A DNA stretch of 63,013 bases, counting the filler, from Octopus bimaculoides (Eukaryota), in the NCBI RefSeq assembly GCF_001194135.2. It is 5 parts of 5 records of this genome, joined end to end, with 100 filler letters (N's around TTAATTAATTAA, not from the genome) between each part and the next. Parts side by side here need not be neighbours in the genome. Positions count along the whole stretch, not along the records: positions 48,979 to 60,941 come from NC_068996.1; 4 more parts are not named here. One strand, given 5' to 3'. The first letter of the stretch is position 1. Every line of letters starts with the position of its first letter. Of this stretch, positions 49,213-60,393 are shown piece by piece. The position numbers and the translations under genes were made by a program. The notes under the pieces were generated by a model. It was not told where the DNA came from. It saw nothing but the letters and a program-made list of their open reading frames with translations, and searched no databases.

Positions 49213-49888
49213 AGTCTGTCCGTCGATAGGGTAGGGGTGGGCTTGTTTTGTGAGTCCGCAGATGGCTAGTGAGGTCAATCTGCGCCCGAAAGAGTCTTTG
49301 ACAGTGTGGAGAGGGAATGGTAGCGCTTGCTACAGGGTTGTTAGCTCTGTTCTTCCTGGCTTGTCTGCAGTCTTCTGCAGCAGCGATCCTATTGGTCTCG
49401 CATGTATTGGCACCCTTGTGAACAGCTGATCGCCACCTTTCTCTGTCTAGAGCAGACTACTCCCAAGTTGCATGGTCGCGGAATTTCACTGCTGTCCATC
49501 ACAGGCAAGATGCTGGCTATAGTTTTGCTCAACCGCCTCATTGTACACCGAGAGCAAGGTCTCCGACCTGAGAGCCAGTGTGGCTTACGGAAAGAGCGTG
49601 GGACTATCGACATGGTGTTTGCTGCTAGACAGCTGCAGAAGTGTCTGGAGCAGAACGTCGACCTGTACTCCACGTACACCGACCTGACCAAGGCTTTTGA
49701 TACCGTTAGTAGAGAAGGTCTTTGGAGAATCTTGGCGAAGTATGGATGCCTCAGAAAATTCATCACCATCGTAAAACAACCACACGATGGCATGTTGGCA
49801 AGGGCACAGGACAACGGAAGGACCTCTGATCCATTCCCTGTCTCCAACGGAGTGAAACAAGGATGTGTCCTTGCTCCCACCTTGTTCA
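49211..49888. mobile_element. RTE-BovB-type LINE with inverted 5' segment
   Basis: 49211-49476 minus = C-terminus (TWE.SALDRERWRSAVHKGANTCETNRIAAAE...HCQRLFRAQIDLTSHLRTH). 49477-49888 plus = RT (RGISLLSITGK...PESQCG.RKERGTIDM...DLTKAFDTVSR...GVKQGCVLAPTLF). (TA)n on both sides. Confidence 0.9.
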
Positions 49889-49906
49889 TATATACATTGT
49901 ATATAT

Positions 49907-49937
<31 letters not shown>

Positions 49938-50498
49938 NNNNNNNNNNNNNNNNNNNNNNNNNNNNNNNNNNNNNNNNNNNNNNNNNNNNNNNNNNNNNNN
50001 NNNNNNNNNNNNNNNNNNNNNNNNNNNNNNNNNNNNNNNNNNNNNNNNNNNNNNNNNNNNNNNNNNNNNNNNNNNNNNNNNNNNNNNNNNNNNNNNNNNN
50101 NNNNNNNNNNNNNNNNNNNNNNNNNNNNNNNNNNNNNNNNNNNNNNNNNNNNNNNNNNNNNNNNNNNNNNNNNNNNNNNNNNNNNNNNNNNNNNNNNNNN
50201 NNNNNNNNNNNNNNNNNNNCCTTATGCTTGTAGGTTCATTTTTGATTTTCTCATCTATTGTTTATAACAAAAAAAAAAGAGAAGAGAAAAGAAAAGAAGG
50301 GAAAAAAGGAAACTGCACGTATAATACATAAGAAGCAGCGCTACAGATGTACCAACACACACGAGATTGAGACATAGCCAACCTCACACACTTCTCATGA
50401 GGAATTCCGGAAGGAGCTTTGTGAGACCAATACTGAGACGCTTCCGAAAAAAAGAAAAGCCATTGGAAAACCGATTATAGCAGCGACTCTATATAAGA

Positions 50499-50535
50499 AT
50501 ATCTGAAGAAGGAATTGTATTCCGAAATATCATAT
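50499..50535 (+). ncRNA. Minimal type I hammerhead ribozyme motif
   Basis: ATAT-CTGAAGA-A-GGAAT(TGT)ATTCC-GAAA-TAT-C/ATAT: intact core, 5-bp stem II, loopless palindromic stem III, 4-bp stem I, AUC site. Confidence 0.65.
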
Positions 50536-50622
50536 CAGACTATGGATAACTAAATTACAACAGGTATATAGTCCATTTTTTTGTATTATACTGCATTGTT
50601 GTACCATTCAAAACATTTTATT

Positions 50623-50663
<41 letters not shown>

Positions 50664-50709
50664 GAATAAAAATAAATGGAGCAAAACGCATATAATCAAT
50701 AAGTTCCTT

Positions 50710-50803
50710 TAATTCCTACATATGTTTCAAAAATTATGTGCACTCTACTCCAAAGAAGTGAGAGATGCTGGTATATACACATAAATCCATCGTCAGGGAA
50801 TCA
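50710..50803 (-). ncRNA. Type I hammerhead ribozyme motif
   Basis: TGATTCC-CTGACGA-TGGAT TTATGTGTA...TGCACATAA TTTTT-GAA-ACATATGT-A/GGAATTA: 7-bp stem I, palindromic stem III, GUA site; base of stem II decayed. Confidence 0.75.
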
Positions 50804-51639
50804 TATTACAAATGCAAGACTTACGCTAAATGCTAAGGTTGCGTACGAGTAATAACACTATATAGCTAAGTTAAATGACCGTTAGAAACAAGAACGCTAG
50901 TTTACAGGGAGCTGTTTAGGGAGAGACGCTTTGAACGCTATACTAAGATTTTAAATTAAAAGAAGACATGATGAGCCGCAGAAAAATCTAAAAGTTAATA
51001 ATAATAGTACTAAAAAAACTTTTCTTGTAATTGGAAGGAGAAAGGGAGAGAATCCAATGAAATCTTTATATACTACTCATTGTGTAAATAAACGTTTATA
51101 AGGAAGGAAAATAGAGGGAGCGAGAGAGAGAGTATGGATTGTAAATATCATTAATTAACCATAATATTGTGTCATATTAAGTTACGGTAATTAACCTAAA
51201 TAAATGGCAATACAAGGTACAAAACTATAAAGTGATGAAAGAATAAACATGCTTACGAAAACAAAATCGATAGTATGTACGTAGATATATACAAGTATAC
51301 TTAAAACTCTACGAATATAACTTTTTGGGGATAAACTTGCTGAACCAACTAGAGAAGGAGAAAGAGTGTAAACAACTGGCGTTCGAGTTAGGTATAATTG
51401 TTATTTAAGATAATATTATAATGTTATTATTCTCATTGTTGTTATTATTATTATAAATGTAAAAATAAATTTATTATTATCATTATTACTATTATTGTTA
51501 TTGTCTAAAGTTAAATAAAAATAAATACAAAGTTAGGTGATTGTTCAGACCACATGTAAAGTGGCTGTCAACTAGTGAGCATGTTGGTAGGTGAAAAAAT
51601 AATAACTAAAATTAGTAAAAAGGATGAAATTAATGAAAC

Positions 51640-52160
51640 GAGCTGAAGGTGTGTTTCCTCCAATGCTGGCATCTGTATGCTCTCTGTGTTATCTGGTTCA
51701 TTAAATTATTCTTGGAAAACAGAATGTGGAATAGTTCTAAGTTACAGAGAGGACAAAAATCTTTACCCTTGTTGGGTATTGAGGTAGCCAGTATTGATCA
51801 TTCCAAAGAGAATTGTTTATTGCAGTCCTTAAGTTTCCAGAATAATTTACTAAGACCGGTACTATTATTTTTACTCTTATTCCTAAAGGATGAGTAATGG
51901 TTAGAGATTCTCTTAGAGACCTGCGTTGAAGAGCAACCAATATAATGCGAGACCTCTGTGTTAGTCGTTACCTTACATTGATAAACCACATTTTAGGTCC
52001 TAGCATTCACACTTAAAAACTTGATTCTATTACAATTAGATTCCGAGATACTAATCTTATTGTTGTGATAGTTATTGTTATATTTACTAATGTTGTACTT
52101 ATTACCTTCATTTTTATCTAAATAACTATTGCTACCATATGAGTGTGTTGAATTACTGGA

Positions 52161-52225
<65 letters not shown>

Positions 52226-53135
52226 CATCATAATTCGTATGGCTGACTAGAAGTGAATCTAAAAGTCTAAAATTATGGGAAGATATTATTTGTAACATAT
52301 TTTTTGTATTAGAAAACCCAAATCTAACCTTATGTGTGTTGATGATTGGGTAATAGTGAGAATCCCTAGGAAAGTTCCTATTCACCGCGTCGCGGAACTG
52401 CAAAACCAAATTGGATTTAACTTGTTTGCCAAATGGGACAATGAATCAGATGTTGTCATCAGATCTAGGTGCAGTGTTGGTATTGCTAAATAAATTAAGT
52501 TTTTTTTGTTTTTATTAAGGTGTTTAGAGCCGGTTAAGCCCCCTTTTATGTGAATGATTATAAGTAGGTGCCACTTTCTCAGTTAAGTGAGAAGAAGGGG
52601 AAGAAATAGAATTGAGTTTATCCCTGCTAGTAGTGGAAATATCCTGCTGTACAAAAGATGAAAGATCACTAAATTAATTGATGTATCTTACCTTGTCTTT
52701 GTAACCTGCCTTCAATAAGGCTGAATTATAAAATTCAGCCTCTTTATTGAAAATGTGGGAGTTAGAGGAAAGTTTAGAAAGTCTGAGTGAAATACTCTTA
52801 ACTAAATTACTGATGATAGACCTTGGATGGTTACTAAAAGGGCTTATGTACCTAAGATTCGTTGATGGTTTATGGAAAGGAAAGTGTGTGTTGCTATGTA
52901 AGTCTAAAGTTACATCTAGGAAGTTGGCTACCGAGACCTCATCCTCAAATACGATGCCAAAACCCATTCTCCGGAAGAATCTAGCTAATCTATTTTTAAC
53001 CTTTTGGATGTGCTGGGTAGTGACATTTTGGAGGTATAGCAGACAATCATCTCTGTATAGACCTCCATTAATATTTGGGAATTGGTCTGCCAATTCATAT
53101 GATATATACGAACAAACTATATTACCGTGTTTTAC
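51640..53135 (-). mobile_element. 5'-truncated Penelope-like element (RT-thumb-GIY-YIG)
   Basis: GGLYRDDCL, ANFLDVTLDL, FSNHPRSII, NFP....IINTHKVRFGFSNTKNMLQIISSHN, VYQCKVT...YIGCSS...RISNHYSSF...STGLSKLFWKLKD, CPLCNLE...RCQHWRK; (AAT)n inserted in the linker. Confidence 0.92.
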
Positions 53136-53137
53136 AG

Positions 53138-53205
53138 CCGGCTCTAGGTTTCGAACTTTAATTAGTGAATAAAATAATTTGCTTGGCAAAGTTCTGATCA
53201 GCTGG
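53138..53205 (-). ncRNA. Degenerate hammerhead, sister of 53562-53640
   Basis: CCAG-CTGATCA-GAACT...AGTTC-GAAAC-CTAG-AG-CCGG: G8 and the cleavage triplet are mutated; stem II base pairs perfectly. Confidence 0.55.
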
Positions 53206-53257
53206 TACGCCAATTTTATATGGAAAATATGTTTATTGACTTTTTATACATGCTAGA

Positions 53258-53909
53258 CCTGAACGCTTAGCCGTTAACAGCCCGAAAACAGTGAAAATGT
53301 TTTCAATGAAAAAAAGTATTCCAATACAAATGTATTACTTTCCAATAAAATAAAGCACTGTAAAGATAGAAGTATAAATATAGAGAAGTTTTACAACAAA
53401 GCACCAATGTTTACTAGAAATAGCAGTCGATACATTTACGACGCAATAGTAAAGCTTCAATGTGTATATACTGGCAAAGACGTGTGAGGGCAGCAAACAT
53501 AAAAAAATTTTGTCTTACCTCTAGGAAGAACATTATATAAATGGACAACCCAGAATTGGATAATCCAGTACCTAGGTTTCGGACTCTTCAACTGAATACG
53601 TTTGTCATCGTAAATTTGATTAGTCTTCATCAGCTGGATTTACCTGGACAATATTTCAAATGTTGCCACATCAATGCCAGTATACTCGCCTGAACGCTTA
53701 GCCGTTAACAGACCGAAAACAGTGAAAACATTTTCAATGAAAACAAAAAGTTTTGCAATACAAATATATTACTTTCCAGTAAAATAAAGCACCGTAAAGT
53801 TAGAAGTATAAATATAGAGAAGTGGTACAACAAAGCACCAATGTTTACTAGAAATAGCAGTCGATACATTTACGACGCTATAGTAGCTATAGTAAAGCTT
53901 CACTGTGTA
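53258..53909. repeat. About 210-bp direct repeats (period ~430 bp) alternating with hammerhead-bearing spacers
   Basis: 53258-53466 and 53689-53909 are near-identical (CCTGAACGCTTAGCCGTTAACAG...AAAGCTTCA.TGTGTA). Confidence 0.9.
53562..53640 (-). ncRNA. Type I hammerhead ribozyme motif
   Basis: AATCCAG-CTGATGA-AGACT...AGTCC-GAA-ACCTAGGT-A/CTGGATT: perfect 7-bp stem I, intact core, palindromic stem III, GUA site; A.C mismatch at 10.1-11.1. Confidence 0.85.
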
Positions 53910-54064
53910 CATCAAAGCCAGTCTATATGCATATATATATATAAATTCAAATTACGATGATATATATATATATATATCTTTATATATATATATGTATATA
54001 TATATAACAAATGAAAGACGTATATATATATATATGTATATATATATGTATGTATGTATGTATG

Positions 54065-54106
<42 letters not shown>

Positions 54107-55041
54107 NNNNNNNNNNNNNNNNNNNNNNNNNNNNNNNNNNNNNNNNNNNNNNNNNNNNNNNNNNNNNNNNNNNNNNNNNNNNNNNNNNNNNNNNNNNNNN
54201 NNNNNNNNNNNNNNNNNNNNNNNNNNNNNNNNNNNNNNNNNNNNNNNNNNNNNNNNNNNNNNNNNNNNNNNNNNNNNNNNNNNNNNNNNNNNNNNNNNNN
54301 NNNNNNNNNNNNNNNNNNNNNNNNNNNNNNNNNNNNNNNNNNNNNNNNNNNNNNNNNNNNNNNNNNNNNNNNNNNNNNNNNNNNNNNNNNNNNNNNNNNN
54401 NNNNNNNNNNNNNNNNNNNNNNNNNNNNNNNNNNNNNNNNNNNNNNNNNNNNNNNNNNNNNNNNNNNNNNNNNNNNNNNNNNNNNNNNNNNNNNNNNNNN
54501 NNNNNNNNNNNNNNNNNNNNNNNNNNNNNNNNNNNNNNNNNNNNNNNNNNNNNNNNNNNNNNNNNNNNNNNNNNNNNNNNNNNNNNNNNNNNNNNNNNNN
54601 NNNNNNNNNNNNNNNNNNNNNNNNNNNNNNNNNNNNNNNNNNNNNNNNNNNNNNNNNNNNNNNNNNNNNNNNNNNNNNNNNNNNNNNNNNNNNNNNNNNN
54701 NNNNNNNNNNNNNNNNNNNNNNNNNNNNNNNNNNNNNNNNNNNNNNNNNTATATATAGTTCGTATTTGTATATGTTTTTCAGCATTCGTGATGTGAATTC
54801 GTGTATTGAAAGAAATACTATTGAACATGGGAGGGGCATTATGCCGGTAATAATAAACACACCCACTGGTTCGGTCCTTTAGTGTTATTGTTAGTTAATG
54901 GTTTAATTACTCCACTTACAAATTTATCGGCCAGCCGTTTTCTTTTACTAGTTTTTCTAACTCGTATAGTAAACACTTTGATCAAACAGTTAATCGATAG
55001 TTCAAATGTTCAGTATCGTTCATGTTGTCATTTCTTTTTTT

Positions 55042-55085
55042 GTCAAATAATTATTTCATCGCATTGCTGCAATCTCTACAGTGAC
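55042..55085 (-). ncRNA. Hammerhead motif in PLE 3' pLTR
   Basis: GTCA-CTGTAGA-G-ATTGCA(GCAA)TGCGAT-GAA-ATAATTAT-T/TGAC; A6 replaced by U, palindromic stem III. Confidence 0.65.
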
Positions 55086-57899
55086 CCGTCTCTCTACTTC
55101 CATTTCTTTTGAACCTATCTTCCAGCATTGGGATCTGTCCGAGATCAGTCCTAGATGAGTATGTGATTGTATGTGGTTATGCGTAAGTGTGTAAGTCTGT
55201 ATGTGTGTTTTTTTAAATACTGAATTATGTCATTTTTCATATACACAAGATAGCAGTTTTGGTTTTCTCTTTTTCTTCGCAAACGTACACGTTCATCCAT
55301 ATAACGTTTCTATCAAAGACAGCTAAACCGTCTTCTTTGTTTGATAAATGTTGAATAAATTGATATCTATCTTTGTGTGAGTATGAGCATGCGTATGCGT
55401 GCGTATGTGTCGTCGGTATATGTACAGAAGGGTATGTGTGTACGAGCGTGTGTATGCCTGTGTTTGCGTGTCTGTGTCTCAGTGAGTCTTTATGTGTGTG
55501 TGTTCGTATGTATGTGTGTGCGTTTGTATGTGTGTGAGTTCTTGTGTGTATGTGTGTACGTCCGTATGCATTTTCTGTGTGTGTGTGCGTGGGGGCATGT
55601 CTGTCCTTGTTTGTCTTTGCATGTGTGTGTGTATGTGTGTGTGTGCGTCCATGGGTCTTTGTAAGGCCTTTGCCTATTGAGAAACCGGTTGTGTTTCGTT
55701 TATGAAGACTGACTCTCGTATCTGTCGTAGCGATGCGTTGTCCGGGTATCTAGACAGGATTTCTATGCAACCATCATGTTGTTCTTTGGCATGCTGATAG
55801 AGTATCGATGTTTGTCTTTGATCCCTGTACTCCCGCCAATGTTAATTTATACGCTCGGCCAAACTTCTTGCCGTTTCACCTAGTATGCAGTCTTCTGATT
55901 TTTACAGTCACCACCCATGCAGTTTATTCGGTAAACTACATTCCTGGTTTTGTAGTTGACACCAGGGCTATATTTGCACACTACACAGTTCTCTACTACA
56001 CACGCGGTCTTTTTGAAGGGGTATGTTTTTCATGTTATCGACCTGATGGATCTCCCTGCTTTTTCCATGACTTTTATATTCAATTAAGTATCCTTCGGGA
56101 TTTTTCTAAATCTGCGGGCTAGTTCCCCGTGTAATGTGGCTTCTACAAACATCACCCCTTGGAATTTGTCGGCATTGTACCACATGTTCTTTTTGCTCGT
56201 TTTATTATAAATTCTTTGTATTTCATTCAACTGCTTACTACGGTACCTAGGTTGTGTTCCATCCTTATTTACAATCTCTTCAAATTTTTTCTAGCCCCGC
56301 TGTACACTCGGATCCTATCTTTCTGGTTGTATCCCGAAAACTGCATGCGAGGGATGAAATTTTGTGTGTCTCTGTTTCTCCCAGGGTTTGCACAGCGAGG
56401 ATATGTTTTTCGTTATTTTAAGTCACTTATTAATATATTAATTTTGACATTGTGTGATAGAGCCGAACTCTTATGGATTACATACCTCGAGGACATGGGT
56501 TTCATATAGTGTGAGTGGAGGATTTGAACTTTGTTATTAATGGTTTCTAGCTAAAGCTCTGTGTCAATGATTAGGAGTCTCTTGTCTGGGTGCCTTGTTG
56601 GGTAACCTGTAGTTACCCTGATGCTTTCGTGTATGGAATTAGCTATACGCTGGATCCTCTCGTTCGATGGTGTCGTGACTATGATGTTGATGTCATCCAC
56701 ATATCTCCCTTACAGTCTGATTGTTACTGAGTGTTCTTCAAGAGCTTGTTTCAGTTTTCTGTCCCACCAGGTCATGAATAGGCTCACTACGTCCCCAGCC
56801 ATACTGACACCGATGGCGGCCCCCTGGATTTGCATATATAGCTTCTAATTGAATTTAACTATATGATTCTGTAGGGTGGTCTTTAGACTTGCACCCACCG
56901 CATGTGCAATCATTTTCCGTGTCTGGACGTTATCCCCTGGGTTGTGGGCGGGTGCATTCCATCCACTCCAGCGCTCCGCGGCGGTGTTTTACCTAGCTGC
57001 TGATGTGATTGTGGGTGTTCTATATCGTTCCGACCTGGTGGGGCAGAATCTGCTTAGGTCGTGGTGATCCAAGTATTCTCTATCGTAAACGAGCTTCAGG
57101 AAGAGGCTCAGTTCCCTCGTGTTCACCTCGTGGAAGACTTCTTCGTTCGCGGAGATAATTTCCATACATCTTTCTACAGCAAAGTCAATATGTCAGATCG
57201 TGGGAGCGGTTACAGTCATTAACTCTGCTGAGGAGGTTCTCTGTGCTTTCACAAAAACCGGGAGACATCTCAGTGAGTCGTCTTAACAGTTGTGAGAGGA
57301 AGTATGAAAGCCTATAATTGCTGGCAATATTGGTACCACAAACTGGTCGGTTTTGGGGGTGGGGTGGGGCAGCAATAGGGTCTGCGATGGGTTTATGGTC
57401 TTTTCGCAACTCATAGAGTGTAGGAATGTCATTGTTTGTTGTTATGAAGTTCTGTGTGCTTCTTAGGTTGGAGTACATTACACCACATTCTCATGTGTGC
57501 GTTGAGAATTTTCTTTATTCTTTCATATTCCTGCGGTGTAACTTCTCTCATATTTTCGATGTGCTGTTGTATCGTCTGGACGAAGTTTTTCATGCTGTCT
57601 ACCGACATCCTGCCAGACTTGTCTGTGGGGAGGCATACTATTTCGTTGTTTTAGTATTTGTATGCCCATCGCAGCCGCTGAACCGAGTTGATGGGTCTCC
57701 ACCTCATTCTGTATTGAGGTAGTCCTTTTATACTGTGGTATTGATTTGATGAGTCTTCTAGCTAAAGAGATCTTGGCTTCTGTCCTATCATCTGTGTAAG
57801 GTGGGATGCATAGTCTTTTGTTGAACGGTAAATCTGTTGGATAGATCCGTATCATGTCATAGGATTTGTCAATTGGGTTATAAAAGAAATTTTCTAAGG

Positions 57900-58290
57900 T
57901 GTTGATGTTGTTGCCATTGTTGTTACCACTGTATGTGTGGTTGTTGTTGTTGCTGTCGTTGTTATTGTTATCGTTGTTATTGTGTTGTTATTGTTATTGC
58001 TGCTGTTGTTGTTACCGTTGTTGTTGTTACTGTTACGGACAGTGTTGTTGCTGTTGTTGTTGTAGTTATGGTGGCTTTGCCTGCCTCTAGTGTTGTTGTT
58101 GTTGCTGGTATATATGGTGTTGTTGGTGTGGTTGTTGCTATCGTTGTTATTGTTGTTATTGCTGGTGGTAGCAGTGTTGTCGTCGTTGGTGTTGTAGTTG
58201 TTACTACTGTGGGTGATACTGTGAGCATTGTGTGTAATACTGTCGTGGTGGTTTCTTACATTTGTGTTGTTGCTATAGTGGTAATGTCAT
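57900..58290. repeat. (GTT/GCT/GGT)n low-complexity tract inside the PLE ORF
   Basis: Lies between the PLE N-terminal motif and the PTDLPFNKR block. Confidence 0.85.
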
Positions 58291-58515
58291 AACCTCCATC
58301 TAATTTTAGTGAATGTTTTGTCAATCTCGGACCGACAATTGATCTTACTGACCTTCTTATACACGGCATACTTTGGTAGTAATCCTAGGGCACACGTTTC
58401 ATTTTCATCCAGTTGTATCGCACCATAAACTCCGAAATAACAATAAAACTTGAAATGAAAAAATTGCAATGAATATAAATTAAATAGATTATTATTAATG
58501 AAAACAATTAGAGGT

Positions 58516-58558
<43 letters not shown>

Positions 58559-59134
58559 TGAGACGCTGTGTTGCAAATGAAAACTAAAAAAATTGCGAGA
58601 ATATATATTGTTTATCAAATGTTAAAACCTATTCTACAGTGAACGTAATTCTTGAAATTGTGCCTCACATCAAAGTTATACAGCTATTTTGTGTAATAGC
58701 ATTCATTCAACACAAAATCACTTAAAAATTATACCGGTGTATTAAAAAAACAGCCATACTAACAAATGTAAAAAATCGTATAAGTGAAATTTCGTTAAAA
58801 ATTATCTTGTTTAGCGTGCTAGAAATAGCAGCGATCGCATTGTTATTATTGTAAGGCTTAGAGCGTTCCAAGCAGCCATACTAACAAAATCACTTCTTCA
58901 TTAAAAAAAAAATCCAAAAAAATCGGTATATTAAAGAATTTTCATCTTATCAAAAATATTCATTTAACAAACTCCGGAAACTGATGATATTCTTGAAATT
59001 GTGCCTCGTATCAGAGTTATATAGCTATTATTAAATTATCATTAATGAAAATAGAGGTGAGCGAGAATGAGAGACTGTTGCAAATAAAAACGTAAAATAT
59101 TGCCTGCAACGAATTAACAGTGTTTATTATTAAA

Positions 59135-59336
59135 AGGCGGCGACCTGGCAGAAACGTTAGCATGCCGGGCGAAATGCTTAGCGGTATTTCGTCTACCGTT
59201 ACATTCTGAGTTCAAATTCCGCCGAGATCGACTTTGCCTTTCATCCTTTCGGGGTCAATAAATAAAGTACCAGTTACGCACTGGGGTCGATGTAATCGAC
59301 TTAATCCCTTTGTCTGTCCTTGTTTGTCCCCTCTAT
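59135..59336 (+). mobile_element. Family-A SINE, CpG-intact reference copy
   Basis: GGCGGCGACCTGGCAGAAACGTTAGCATGCCGGGCG...GAGTTCAAATTCCGCC (tRNA-like A/B boxes); runs into an N-gap. Confidence 0.9.
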
Positions 59337-60142
59337 NNNNNNNNNNNNNNNNNNNNNNNNNNNNNNNNNNNNNNNNNNNNNNNNNNNNNNNNNNNNNNNN
59401 NNNNNNNNNNNNNNNNNNNNNNNNNNNNNNNNNNNNNNNNNNNNNNNNNNNNNNNNNNNNNNNNNNNNNNNNNNNNNNNNNNNNNNNNNNNNNNNNNNNN
59501 NNNNNNNNNNNNNNNNNNNNNNNNNNNNNNNNNNNNNNNNNNNNNNNNNNNNNNNNNNNNNNNNNNNNNNNNNNNNNNNNNNNNNNNNNNNNNNNNNNNN
59601 NNNNNNNNNNNNNNNNNNNNNNNNNNNNNNNNNNNNNNNNNNNNNNNNNNNNNNNNNNNNNNNNNNNNNNNNNNNNNNNNNNNNNNNNNNNNNNNNNNNN
59701 NNNNNNNNNNNNNNNNNNNNNNNNNNNNNNNNNNNNNNNNNNNNNNNNNNNNNNNNNNNNNNNNNNNNNNNNNNNNNNNNNNNNNNNNNNNNNNNNNNNN
59801 NNNNNNNNNNNNNNNNNNNNNNNNNNNNNNNNNNNNNNNNNNNNNNNNNNNNNNNNNNNNNNNNNNNNNNNNNNNNNNNNNNNNNNNNNNNNNNNNNNNN
59901 NNNNNNNNNNNNNNNNNNNNNNNNNNNNNNNNNNNNNNNNNNNNNNNNNNNNNNNNNNNNNNNNNNNNNNNNNNNNNNNNNNNNNNNNNNNNNNNNNNNN
60001 NNNNNNNNNNNNNNNNNNNNNNNNNNNNNNNNNNNNNNNNNNNNNNNNNNNNNNNNNNNNNNNNNNNNNNNNNNNNNNNNNNNNNNNNNNNNNNNNNNNN
60101 NNNNNNNNNNNNNNNNNNNNNNNNNNNNNNNNNNNNNNNNNN

Positions 60143-60186
<44 letters not shown>

Positions 60187-60352
60187 TATTAATATATATT
60201 TCGTATGTGTATTTGGTATGCAAGATTCTTGATGTGAAGACGTGTGTTGAAAGAAATACAATTAAACCTTGAGAGAGGCATTATACCGGTAATAAACACA
60301 CTCACTGGTTCAGTCATTTATTTATAAACAGTATTTAGTTTTTTCTTTTTTT

Positions 60353-60393
60353 GTTAAACCATTTCATTGCACTCTTGCAATCTCTTCAGTAAC
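60353..60393 (-). ncRNA. Hammerhead motif in PLE upstream pLTR
   Basis: GTTA-CTGAAGA-G-ATTGCA(AGAG)TGCAAT-GAA-ATGGT-T/TAAC; intact core, perfect 6-bp stem II, shortened stem III. Confidence 0.65.

Noticed and set aside
58981-59000. CTGATGA...GAAA on plus
   Set aside because: Only 7 nt separate the two core parts, with no stem II, and the duplicated copy near 58640 lacks the core.
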